Shown here: positions 1 to 8,977 of the stretch, piece by piece | Position numbering within the stretch: the first letter of the stretch is position 1 | Layout: every line of letters begins with the position of its first letter | From: a virus | Lineage: Duplodnaviria; Caudoviricetes | IMG/VR virus record: IMGVR_UViG_3300025127_007751 | Coordinates: 968 to 64,967 of that record | Reading direction: 5' to 3' (one strand) | DNA length: 64,000 nucleotides | Made by a program: the position numbers and the translations under genes | Notes under the pieces: model-generated | The model's input: the letters and a program-made list of their open reading frames with translations, nothing else | Database searches by the model: none | Told to the model about the DNA's origin: nothing

Positions 1-134
1 TAAGCTTCTAATGTATCAGTTAATGATTTATGTACAGGACCATCTGGTTCATTTGCAACTAGTCTCCATTTATCTCCGGGAGGTACTCTTCTAGCAATTA
101 GTATGTTTTTTTCTTCAATTTTTGTTTTAGCCAT
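1..134 (-). CDS. hypothetical protein, runs off the window edge (MAKTKIEEKNILIARRVPPGDKW...)
   Basis: Hand-translated ORF from ATG at 134, open to the window edge; follows groEL. Confidence 0.6.
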   Translation of the reverse strand, partial: MAKTKIEEKNILIARRVPPGDKWRLVANEPDGPVHKSLTDTLEA

Positions 135-150
135 AATATACGAAAAATTT

Positions 151-1770
151 TTACATCATCCCCGCAAATGGGTCAGCTTGTGGTTGTTTATCTTCCTTTT
201 CTAGTTCATTTACTACTGTACATTCAGTTAATAAAACAGTACCAGCAATTGAAGCTGCATTTTCCAAAGCTGCAATAGTAACCTTAGTTGGATCTATAAT
301 ACCAGCTTCTTTCATATCTACAACTTGTTCAGAGGCTATATCATAACCTGTCCAGCCATCATTACCAGAATTTATTAATCCATCAGCTATAATTTTTCCA
401 CCAACTTCATCATGACCTGCATTAACTAATATTTGACTAAATGGTCTAGCACATGCATTTTTTACAATAGCAGCTCCAGTAGAATTTACTTTTAATCCCG
501 AAGAAGCATATAATAAAGCTGTACCACCTCCTGGTACTATTCCTTCCTCTACTGCCGCTTTAGTAGCATGTAAGGCATCATCAACTCTATCTTTCCTTTC
601 TTTCATTTCTGTTTCAGTATTACCTCCAACATGAATGATAGCTACACCTCCAACAAATTTAGATAATCTTTCTTGTAATTTTTCAATTTCAAATGGGGTA
701 TCAGCCTTATCTACTTGGTCCTTTAATTCTTCAACTCTAGTTTCAATAGCTTCTACAACTCCTTTTCCATCAACAATAGTAGTAGTTTCTTTTTCTACTG
801 TTACTGTTCTAGCTTCTCCAAACCAATCCCAACTAAATTTTTCAAATTTCATTCCTTTTTGTTTATCAAATACTTGCCCACCAGTAATTACAGCAATATC
901 CTGTAAAACTAATTTTCTTCTATCTCCAAAATCTGGGGCTTTTACAGCACAAACCTTCATTGTACCTCTCATTTTATTTACAATAAGGGTAGCTAATGCT
1001 TCATTATCTATATCTTCAGCTATGATTAATAAGGAACGAGCTTGAGCTGATACACTTTCTAAAATAGGTAAAAGTTCTTTTACCTGGGTTATTTTTTGAT
1101 CAGCGATAAGAATGAGGGGGTTTTCTAGTGTGGCAGTCATGCTACTATTATTAGTAACAAAATATGGTGACTTATATCCCCTAGGAAACTGCAACCCTTC
1201 TACAGTTTCTAAATAAGTTTCACCTGTACGAGATTCTTCAATATGTACAACCCCCTCCATTCCTACTTTATCAATTGCGGTCGCAATTAATTGGCCTGTT
1301 TCAACATCATTATTAGCTGATATAGTGGCAATTTGTTCTAATTGTTCTTCACCTGATATATCTTCTGATATGTTTTTTCTTATTGTTTTAACTACCTCTT
1401 TAACAGCTGTGTTAATATCTCTTTTAATTTGAACTGCATTTTCATTATTATTTAGGGCTGTTAATCCTCCCTTAATCATTTCTCTAGCCAATAAAGTAGA
1501 AGTTGTAGTTCCATCACCAGCTTTTTCTGCTGTTTTAATAGCAGCTTGTTTAACTAGTTGAACACCCAATTCCTCAGTGGGATCCTTCAGTGTTATAGAT
1601 TTAGCTACAGTTACCCCATCTTTTGTAGATTGAGGAAAATCATTTTCATTAGCAATTACTACATTTCTACCATTAGGACCTAAAGTTGAAACAACAGCAT
1701 CAGCCAATGTATCAATACCCTTTACTAATTTATTTCTGGATTCAGAACCGAAAGTTATTTGTTTACTCAT
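151..1770 (-). CDS. groEL: chaperonin GroEL (Cpn60)
   Basis: TLGPNGRNV, TKDGVTVAK, AGDGTTT, KAPDFGDRRK, EEGIVPGGG, C-terminal GMM; likely start MSKQITFG at 1770. Confidence 0.97.
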   Translation of the reverse strand: MSKQITFGSESRNKLVKGIDTLADAVVSTLGPNGRNVVIANENDFPQSTKDGVTVAKSITLKDPTEELGVQLVKQAAIKTAEKAGDGTTTSTLLAREMIKGGLTALNNNENAVQIKRDINTAVKEVVKTIRKNISEDISGEEQLEQIATISANNDVETGQLIATAIDKVGMEGVVHIEESRTGETYLETVEGLQFPRGYKSPYFVTNNSSMTATLENPLILIADQKITQVKELLPILESVSAQARSLLIIAEDIDNEALATLIVNKMRGTMKVCAVKAPDFGDRRKLVLQDIAVITGGQVFDKQKGMKFEKFSWDWFGEARTVTVEKETTTIVDGKGVVEAIETRVEELKDQVDKADTPFEIEKLQERLSKFVGGVAIIHVGGNTETEMKERKDRVDDALHATKAAVEEGIVPGGGTALLYASSGLKVNSTGAAIVKNACARPFSQILVNAGHDEVGGKIIADGLINSGNDGWTGYDIASEQVVDMKEAGIIDPTKVTIAALENAASIAGTVLLTECTVVNELEKEDKQPQADPFAGMM

Positions 1771-2140
1771 TTGATATATCTTTAATTTGTTTAATTTCTT
1801 CTTCACTCATATTACTTAGAGTATCATTTAAAGCTTCATTAAAAGATTCTTTTTTATTTACTCTAGCTAATATTTGATTTTCAGGACCAACATAATATTC
1901 CTCTCCATTGTAAGGTAATTTAGTAAATCCCATTGTTGGTAGAACAACAACATCACCAACTTTTACATTAGTAGTTATCATTTCTCCTGTAATTGTTGGT
2001 TTACCAGGGCCAACAGCTACTACAGTTCCCATTTCGTTTTTTTCTTTACCTAAATCAGGGACAATAATATTCCCATAAGTAGTTTCTTCCTCCTCAAGAG
2101 GTTTAACTATGACAGCGTCAAATAGTGCTTCTAATTCCAT
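1763..2140 (-). CDS. groES: co-chaperonin GroES (Cpn10) with C-terminal extension
   Basis: LFDAVIVKP, GNIIVPD, GTVVAVGPG, VKVGDVV, ILA motifs; adjacent to groEL. Confidence 0.93.
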   Translation of the reverse strand: MELEALFDAVIVKPLEEEETTYGNIIVPDLGKEKNEMGTVVAVGPGKPTITGEMITTNVKVGDVVVLPTMGFTKLPYNGEEYYVGPENQILARVNKKESFNEALNDTLSNMSEEEIKQIKDISNE

Positions 2141-2438
2141 CTATATAATTTTTAATTTGATTTTCAATATTTTTAAACTCAATAAGAAAACTATCTAATG
2201 ATTTATAGTCTTTCTTAGTGTGAAGTTTTTCATTACTTATCCACTTTAGTGCTTGTTCAAAATTTGTATGATAAGTTAATGATTTTGTGTAGGTTTTAGT
2301 TTTCCCACTTGATCTAAAATGATCTTTATTTGATTTTACTTCTACATTTACTGTATAGCAATTCTCGTCTTTAGTAATAAAATATGGATCCAATAAGGGA
2401 TCAGATATTTTAGTAATACTTTTAGGTTTTCTAGCCAT
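2118..2438 (-). CDS. hypothetical protein
   Basis: ORF in operon; probable start MARKPKS at 2438. Confidence 0.65.
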   Translation of the reverse strand: MARKPKSITKISDPLLDPYFITKDENCYTVNVEVKSNKDHFRSSGKTKTYTKSLTYHTNFEQALKWISNEKLHTKKDYKSLDSFLIEFKNIENQIKNYIDGIRSTI

Positions 2439-2468
2439 ATAACTTTTTTTTATAACATCAATATACAT

Positions 2469-3002
2469 AAAACAATGTGCTAGGGCACGTTTTTTTAATA
2501 AAACTTTTATTTAATTTTAATTGATTTTGGTTTAGCTTCTTCAGCTAAAGGTATAAAAATTTCTAATAGACCATTTGCTAAAGTAGCATCAATATTTCCT
2601 AAATTAAATTTAGGAGCTATTTTATACCTTAAATCAAATGATTTTTTAGATAAACCATTATGAATCATTCCATCATGAAATTTTTCATTATCTGGTTTGG
2701 TATAACTTATTTTTAAAGTATCCCCTTCAATATCTAAGACTACGTCTTTTTTAGTAAGACCAGTACAAGCAACTTCAAAATGAAGTCCTGCATCGTCAAA
2801 GAAAATATTAAGTGGATGTGGTTGTTTGAAATTTCCAACAGGTTGAAATGTGCTGTCAGATTTAAAGTGATTCCTAAAAAGGATGTCGAAAGGACTTATA
2901 TGCCTTTCAAAGATTTCTAATGTACTCATATCATTTTTATTTTATGGGGCCGAAGCTCCCGGTTAATTTAAAACATAACTTGTGCCCTAGCTACAATGTT
3001 TT
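2469..3002. repeat. ~20-bp imperfect inverted repeat (2469-2488 / 2982-3002) bracketing the Hsp20 gene
   Basis: aaaacaatgt-gctagggcac vs reverse complement of 2982-3002, aaaacattgtagctagggcac. Confidence 0.75.
2507..2929 (-). CDS. small heat-shock protein Hsp20 (alpha-crystallin family)
   Basis: HPLNI...FEVACTGLTK, FDLRYKI, ATLANGLLEIFIP, C-terminal IxI motif (SIKIK). Confidence 0.92.
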   Translation of the reverse strand: MSTLEIFERHISPFDILFRNHFKSDSTFQPVGNFKQPHPLNIFFDDAGLHFEVACTGLTKKDVVLDIEGDTLKISYTKPDNEKFHDGMIHNGLSKKSFDLRYKIAPKFNLGNIDATLANGLLEIFIPLAEEAKPKSIKIK

Positions 3003-3021
3003 GTTTATTATACATATATAA

Positions 3022-3747
3022 CTATTCGTTTCTAGCAACAAAATATTCACTTTTTATGTTGTCTGAACCAAATAGCAATTTTAAGATTCCCTCATTACTT
3101 AATTTTAAAGAACAAGTATCTTGATCTTTATTTGAATTTAATATATCCTTAAATATATCAGAATCAAAAGGAATACTTAAACTATTATCATTAATAGTAC
3201 CATTTTGAATTAAGTAAGTAATTTTATTTGAAAAACCAGTATTATCTCCAAATAAAAATTCACATACATTATTACCATCAAAATCTTTAGTAGTATTAAT
3301 TAACATTGAATTATTATCACCCAATGCGTTTTTAGCTTTAATTAAATGATCCACATCTTCTGGTGTTAATTCTATCTCAACAGACCAGTCTTCCGGATCA
3401 TCATACCAGGTATTTTTACCTAATATTAAAGTATCAGCTAATGAATAGGTTAAATCAAAATTAGAATCAGCAATATGCATTTTAGTATATATTGCTTTTA
3501 ATTTTTCTAATGTTATAACTAAATCTCCATTAGTAATAGAAATTAATTTATTTAATTTATTTGTATCAAATATACCCAATTCGGCATCTTCTAATTGGAA
3601 ATTGTCAAGAACAACTTTACATACTCTACCTGCCTCTCCTGCATATATTGTTAATGTTTTATCTTTAATTCTCCATTTAACCTGGTTATTCAAACCATTT
3701 AAATAATACTTGGATATAACACTTGTTAATTGACTTTTACTAATCAT
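3022..3747 (-). CDS. probable DNA polymerase sliding clamp (T4 gp45-like)
   Basis: 241 aa; ELGIFDTNKL...LSNEGILKLLF pattern resembles gp45; directly follows PolB. Confidence 0.65.
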   Translation of the reverse strand: MISKSQLTSVISKYYLNGLNNQVKWRIKDKTLTIYAGEAGRVCKVVLDNFQLEDAELGIFDTNKLNKLISITNGDLVITLEKLKAIYTKMHIADSNFDLTYSLADTLILGKNTWYDDPEDWSVEIELTPEDVDHLIKAKNALGDNNSMLINTTKDFDGNNVCEFLFGDNTGFSNKITYLIQNGTINDNSLSIPFDSDIFKDILNSNKDQDTCSLKLSNEGILKLLFGSDNIKSEYFVARNE

Positions 3748-3751
3748 AACT

Positions 3752-3782
3752 ATAATATACGAAATTTATTTTAGATTTCAAA
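3752..3782 (-). promoter_or_regulatory. Bacteroidota sigmaA-like promoter (TTTG-N19-TATATTAT)
   Basis: Resembles the -33 TTTG / -7 TAnnTTTG consensus; upstream of the clamp gene. Confidence 0.5.
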
Positions 3783-4706
3783 GGATTTTAATGCATTTAT
3801 ATGAGGATTTAAACTTAATGACCAACCTAAATCACTAAAAAACCCTTCTAATTTATTTAATAAAATTGAGTCAAATACTTTTTGCCTATCAGCATAAGTA
3901 TTTAAAAACTCCTGAACTTTTTCAGGTATGTCATAATCAAAAAACGCCAATGCCTCTATTTTATATGGATTATCTTTTAAATAAATCCATTTTACTTTAT
4001 CAGCCATAGTAATTAAATTATGTTTTCTATCTAATTTCCATAACTTTAATAAATCATTATATCTAATTGCAGCCCTTACTGGGGCAGGTGCTCCTTTAAG
4101 TATTTCACTAAACATTTCACCAGCTCTAGCTTTTGCACCTTGGTATTTTTGTAATTTTTTTACTGCTGTAGGGTTACCCAATTTAGCTAAAGGAATAGTA
4201 CCATCCAAAATCTGAGTTTTAAATGCTTTAATTTGTTCTATAATGCTTTTATGTTCAGCTCCTTTCAATACCTGTTGTAAAATATTATTAAAAAAATCTC
4301 CTAAAATAGGTGGGAAATTAGCTTTCATAAACTCTAATCCCTTAATATCCAAAACTTCTTTATTTATACCTTCTTGTTTAGTAATCCATTGAGCATATCT
4401 TCTAGTAGCTCTAAAATATGCTGATCTTATCACACATTCTGTTTTCATTTCAAGTCTATGTGATTTAATATTAAAACATTCTTTAGCTAATCTATTATAA
4501 TCTTCAGATATAATATCTTGATATGCTAAAGCAACTTTCTCCAACTTACTATCTTTTTCTTCATTAGGTAAACTTTCAAAGTTAGGAAATAAATGCAAAA
4601 GTATAGGCTCAGCATTAAAATAGTTTGAATCCGTGTCCACATAAGCACAATAATTTTGATCATCTTGATCGCAAATAAACCATGGAGTATCTTCTAAATG
4701 TTTCAT
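3771..4706 (-). CDS. family B DNA polymerase, C-terminal part (motif C + thumb)
   Basis: YVDTDS motif C, RRYA, LDIKGLEFMKANFP. Confidence 0.9.
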   Translation of the reverse strand: MKHLEDTPWFICDQDDQNYCAYVDTDSNYFNAEPILLHLFPNFESLPNEEKDSKLEKVALAYQDIISEDYNRLAKECFNIKSHRLEMKTECVIRSAYFRATRRYAQWITKQEGINKEVLDIKGLEFMKANFPPILGDFFNNILQQVLKGAEHKSIIEQIKAFKTQILDGTIPLAKLGNPTAVKKLQKYQGAKARAGEMFSEILKGAPAPVRAAIRYNDLLKLWKLDRKHNLITMADKVKWIYLKDNPYKIEALAFFDYDIPEKVQEFLNTYADRQKVFDSILLNKLEGFFSDLGWSLSLNPHINALKSFEI

Positions 4707-4709
4707 ATT

Positions 4710-4976
4710 TTAAAATTTTCCATCTTCACCAGGAATTTGTTTTACTCCTGTATCCCTAGTTCCATCAGATCTCATTTTACTATTTCTTTCAAGACTAATT
4801 TCATATTTAGTTCCATTTAGTTTAAAAGAACCTCCTTGTTTTAACATCTTTCTAAAAAAATATTCTTGTTTATCATCCCAAGATTCACTTATTAATAATA
4901 ATTCATCTTTAGAAATGGTATTACCATTAACTAAAATATTCATACCTTTTCTTATTGATTGTTTTTTTAAAGCCAT
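4710..4976 (-). CDS. hypothetical protein between PolB halves
   Basis: 88-aa ORF tightly packed in operon. Confidence 0.7.
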   Translation of the reverse strand: MALKKQSIRKGMNILVNGNTISKDELLLISESWDDKQEYFFRKMLKQGGSFKLNGTKYEISLERNSKMRSDGTRDTGVKQIPGEDGKF

Positions 4977-4977
4977 A

Positions 4978-5355
4978 TTAATCTCTTTTATAATCGTCTT
5001 CTATTCTTACAATGTCATCTTCCCCAAAATATTCCCCAGTTTGAACTTCAATAAAAATTACATCTTTATCTGTTTCATTCCAAGCCCTATGTTTAGTTCC
5101 TAAAGGGATATGAATTGACTCACCAGGATATCTAAATACTTTATCATCATCAATAATAATAGTCAAATTACCTTCCACTACAACCCATTCTTCCCTTCGT
5201 TTAGTATGATACTGGTAAGATAATCTTTGACCAGGTTTTACTCTTATTCTTTTTACTTTAACTTTAGGATCATCTAAAAGTATCTGGTATTCCCCCCATG
5301 GTCTTATTTGTTCTGGATTAGGTAATGAATCCCACCATGTATTTAATATTGTCAT
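4978..5355 (-). CDS. cupin protein, mannose-6-phosphate isomerase type II C-terminal-like
   Basis: RPWGEY, KVKRIRVKPGQRLSYQYH, IPLGTKHR, IEVQTGEYFGEDDIVRIEDDY. Confidence 0.88.
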   Translation of the reverse strand: MTILNTWWDSLPNPEQIRPWGEYQILLDDPKVKVKRIRVKPGQRLSYQYHTKRREEWVVVEGNLTIIIDDDKVFRYPGESIHIPLGTKHRAWNETDKDVIFIEVQTGEYFGEDDIVRIEDDYKRD

Positions 5356-7061
5356 ATTTCTAATTTAATTTCATTTCTAATTACTTTATTCATATGTTTA
5401 TTAGCACACAAAGCACTTTCTTGTATAATTCTATGGCCTGTTAAAGTAATAGCTTCACTCAATATAGAATAGGACATTCCATATCTAAAAGAAGGTAATG
5501 CTGTAGCTCCATATAAACTATTAAGTAGAATTTTCATAGTGTATTGCATTAAATAAAAATATGCACCTCTTTCCTTATTACCTGATTTAAATGCTTTTTT
5601 CATTTCATTTTTATATTTTACCCTTTCATCAAACCATTTATTAAGTACTGTAGATAAAGTTGATTCTTTATCTGTAGAAAACATACAACCATTAGCCGAT
5701 ATGGCTAAATTATTTTGTTCAATCATAGAAATTAATTTCCCAACATCAACTGTAGTTTGTTGTCCCTTAGCATTTTCTACTAATAAATGATCATTTGGGT
5801 CTTTTTCTTTTAAATCATTAAGTCCCAATCTATTATTGCGATCATCAGCATCTACAATACGTCCCTTAAATGTTTCTTTTCCTATGTTTAAAGACATTAT
5901 AATAGATGGATATAGCGAAGTTAAATCCTCATCAAACATGTATTTATATAATCCTGCTTTAGGACAAAATAAAAATCCTCCTGCATAGCCTCTTTTACTC
6001 TTAGGATTAGGATCCTTAGCTGGTGGGATTATTTTTTGTGAAAGTAAGTATGCTGATATAGCTCCATCTTGTGTACCGCTATTAGCATATACTTCACTAT
6101 AATTATGCTTTCCTTTATGTGATAAATTTTTAGTTAAAGCTATATATTGGAGTTTTTCATCTAATAATTTTAATATTTCAACATCACGAAAGTTATATTG
6201 AATGTATTTTTGTAAATCACTTTCAAATAATCTATCTAAATTACCTTCATATTCAACTTTTCCTATACCAGTATATTTTTCTCCAATAGCGTCTAATTTC
6301 CAACTAGGTTCGTCTTTCCAACTATATTTTTTATGTAACCTCATGTAATCAAGAGATTCAACTCCTATAATATCCACAAATTGGTTACGTTTAAAAAAAT
6401 ATTGATTATTTTTTTTAGCATTTACTATTCCTAGGGGTGATAACAAATCCGCCCATTCTTTACCTAATACATTACACATTCTATAATATAAATAAGGTAT
6501 ATCAAAAAAATCACTATTATAACCTATTAATATATCGGGGTCTATTTCTTTAAATCTTTCTAAAAATTTAGCTAATAATTCTTTTTCTGTTTTACAAGGT
6601 ACAATTTCTTTATTTTTAGCTTTAGTTCTTTTAAGTGCATTTTTATCATCACGAACTAATATAACCCAATTATCTAATGTTTTATCCCAATAAGCTATAG
6701 TAGTAATAGGCATAGGAGCCCTTTCAATATATTCTTCAGTTAATGCCCCTCCTATTTCACACTCAATATCAAAAAATAATTCTTTATGTCCTGTTGAGGG
6801 AGTATCATTTATACCATATTTTTCAATTAAATATTTTTGATAGGGTTTCATATCATGAAAGTGTAAATTAGGAGTATTTTTATCCCATTTATACACTTTC
6901 TTTAAATATTCTCCTCTAGTTCCACGATGAGTAGAATCTTTTTTATTACATTCTTGATATGCAGTATTATGCCATTCGATTTCATCATAGCCACCTTCGT
7001 CCCATAAATGAATCTTATATTTATTATTACCTAATCTAGTAGCATAACATTTTTTATACAT
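5352..7061 (-). CDS. family B DNA polymerase, N-terminal part (3'-5' exonuclease + motifs A, B)
   Basis: FFDIEC (ExoI), GYNSDFFDIPY (ExoII), YNFRDV (ExoIII), DLTSLYPSII (motif A), KILLNSLYG (motif B). Confidence 0.93.
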   Translation of the reverse strand: MYKKCYATRLGNNKYKIHLWDEGGYDEIEWHNTAYQECNKKDSTHRGTRGEYLKKVYKWDKNTPNLHFHDMKPYQKYLIEKYGINDTPSTGHKELFFDIECEIGGALTEEYIERAPMPITTIAYWDKTLDNWVILVRDDKNALKRTKAKNKEIVPCKTEKELLAKFLERFKEIDPDILIGYNSDFFDIPYLYYRMCNVLGKEWADLLSPLGIVNAKKNNQYFFKRNQFVDIIGVESLDYMRLHKKYSWKDEPSWKLDAIGEKYTGIGKVEYEGNLDRLFESDLQKYIQYNFRDVEILKLLDEKLQYIALTKNLSHKGKHNYSEVYANSGTQDGAISAYLLSQKIIPPAKDPNPKSKRGYAGGFLFCPKAGLYKYMFDEDLTSLYPSIIMSLNIGKETFKGRIVDADDRNNRLGLNDLKEKDPNDHLLVENAKGQQTTVDVGKLISMIEQNNLAISANGCMFSTDKESTLSTVLNKWFDERVKYKNEMKKAFKSGNKERGAYFYLMQYTMKILLNSLYGATALPSFRYGMSYSILSEAITLTGHRIIQESALCANKHMNKVIRNEIKLEI

Positions 7062-7576
7062 TAAAAGAACTGTTTTAAATTAGGTTTAAAATAATTAATT
7101 GATTTCATAACTTTTCTATCCCTAGTTCTATAAACTACATATCTGTTTCCTACCTTCTCGTAGTGACATGGCTCAGCTTGTTCTTTAGAGCGGAGGGTGA
7201 CAGTTTCCATGGCTTCTTCTTCAGTGACGCAAGACTTAGACATATTGCTTGCTTGTACTTCTTGATAGGCTGGCCATATCTTATCTTTAAGGCCATGTAA
7301 CATAACCCCGTTCCCAAGGGAAACATAAGTAATATCACACAAAGCATCCAAAACTTCCACGATGTCTCCGTTTTCGCAAGCTTGTCTATATTCTTCCAAT
7401 TCTTCAAGTACAAAGTCGTATACGAATTTCCACTCCTTCTTTTCTGGTATTGTCGGTTCATAATTGTTTGGTTTGCCAAATGTGGCGTTAAATTGTTCTA
7501 CCTCATCTACAAATGGAACTAATCCATTAGCTTCAGGGTCAAATATTTGAAAATCAAATTTTAATTGTTTGCTCAT
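7061..7576 (-). CDS. MazG-like (DR2231/PRA-PH family) nucleoside triphosphate pyrophosphohydrolase, possible dUTPase
   Basis: EELEEY...VEVLDALCDITYV...VQASNMSK; start MSKQLK at ATGA overlap. Confidence 0.85.
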   Translation of the reverse strand: MSKQLKFDFQIFDPEANGLVPFVDEVEQFNATFGKPNNYEPTIPEKKEWKFVYDFVLEELEEYRQACENGDIVEVLDALCDITYVSLGNGVMLHGLKDKIWPAYQEVQASNMSKSCVTEEEAMETVTLRSKEQAEPCHYEKVGNRYVVYRTRDRKVMKSINYFKPNLKQFF

Positions 7577-7953
7577 TTTAAATAATCTTGTATTGTTTCT
7601 GAATCTTCTCTTTCCCATGGATATACAATCCATTGTTCACTTATTTCTCTAGCATAAAAATTATATTGAAATTTTGAAGTGGATTTATGGTGTAAAGTAG
7701 CCCAGTAAGCACCAGGTGCTTTACTTAATGTTTCTCCTGTATCATTTATATCATCTACTACTAAAGTATTTTTACCAGGATGAAGTACAAAAGGTAAATT
7801 TAACTCATGTGAAATCATTACAGCAGGTATTAAACCACCTCTAGGTAATCCCATTACTGAGTCAATAATAGGATATTCCGTTATAATTTTTTTACATAAA
7901 ATATTTACTAATTCATGTATTTCAGACCATTCAAGGTATACTTTTTTTACCAT
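7573..7953 (-). CDS. type I phosphoribosyltransferase (xanthine/guanine PRT-like)
   Basis: GLPRGGLIPA, LVVDDINDTGETL PRPP loop, WIVYPWE. Confidence 0.88.
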   Translation of the reverse strand: MVKKVYLEWSEIHELVNILCKKIITEYPIIDSVMGLPRGGLIPAVMISHELNLPFVLHPGKNTLVVDDINDTGETLSKAPGAYWATLHHKSTSKFQYNFYAREISEQWIVYPWEREDSETIQDYLK

Positions 7954-8973
7954 TTATGATATATGAATTAAACTAGACCATGTTTCATGAGAAACATCAG
8001 GACAAAACTTACTATTTGGGTGTAAAATAACTGACACAGCATCATGTGAATGTAATGATTCCTGATGTGAACATATTACCCTAAAATCTTTTATTCTTTT
8101 ATCTGCTATTAATTGCTCATATAATAATCTAGCAGCATCTTCTACAAATTTAAGATATGAACCATTTAATTCAGCAAATGCCATTTCATCTTCTCTTTTA
8201 ACTACTACTTGAGTTTCTGTATTAAGAGCTTTATCACACATTTCTTGTAACTCCTCTATCCAAACCATATCTTCAAATTCAATAGATATTCTGGCTACTG
8301 ATCTTTGTGAATGGGATACTGTTGCTTTATTTCTATATTTTCTAGCATATTCAGCTAATTCATAAGAACAAGGACAAGCTGATGAATAAACAAAATCAAA
8401 ATGAATATATTTTTTTAATTCACCTTGTTTATTTAAATTACCTTCTAAAGTAACATTATAATATTGGTAGCCTTCATTATCTGATCTTAATGATTTTTTA
8501 ATAATAGGATAAGAAAATTTAAGTGCAATTTTAGAATCAAATGTATTTAATTTATCCTTATAAGCATGTAAAATATCTTTTAATTTATCTATACTAAAAG
8601 TATGATTTCTAAATTCATAAAATGATCTCATAATACGAGACATATTAATTCCTTTTTTATGAGCTTCTAAAGATACAGTACCAGTTACTTTAGTTTCTAA
8701 TTCTATATTACCATTATCTCTTGTACTATATTTTAGTGGCAATCTAAAATTATGAATACCCACTTGTTGAATAGCAACAGGAGATCCTTGAATTAGAGAT
8801 GAAGGGCCATTTTGTAGATCAGGGAATGTTTCTATATCTTCCTTAGTGGCTACATACTCTGAATCATAATCTCTATTTGGTTCATTATATTTTACGGAAT
8901 GTTCATTTGGTTCTGGTTCTTTGTAGGAATCTACATCTCCTACCCATTCATATTTTTTTATAAATTTACTCAT
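7954..8973 (-). CDS. folE2: GTP cyclohydrolase IB (FolE2)
   Basis: IQQVGI, KGINMSR, YSSACPCS, SHSQRS, VKREDE, FVEDAAR, HQESLHSHDA. Confidence 0.93.
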   Translation of the reverse strand: MSKFIKKYEWVGDVDSYKEPEPNEHSVKYNEPNRDYDSEYVATKEDIETFPDLQNGPSSLIQGSPVAIQQVGIHNFRLPLKYSTRDNGNIELETKVTGTVSLEAHKKGINMSRIMRSFYEFRNHTFSIDKLKDILHAYKDKLNTFDSKIALKFSYPIIKKSLRSDNEGYQYYNVTLEGNLNKQGELKKYIHFDFVYSSACPCSYELAEYARKYRNKATVSHSQRSVARISIEFEDMVWIEELQEMCDKALNTETQVVVKREDEMAFAELNGSYLKFVEDAARLLYEQLIADKRIKDFRVICSHQESLHSHDAVSVILHPNSKFCPDVSHETWSSLIHIS

Positions 8974-8977
8974 ATCT

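Noticed and set aside
151-2140. groEL/groES as bacterial chromosome or prophage flank
   Set aside because: Same strand, tight packing and phage promoter motif as neighbouring phage genes; no integrase or host housekeeping context
4707-5351. Intein or self-splicing intron splitting PolB
   Set aside because: No intein terminal residues, homing endonuclease or intron-like structure; the interval is filled by two ordinary genes
7150-7479. 109-aa minus-strand ORF inside the MazG-like gene
   Set aside because: Out-of-frame overlap with a gene that has clear motifs; no independent support
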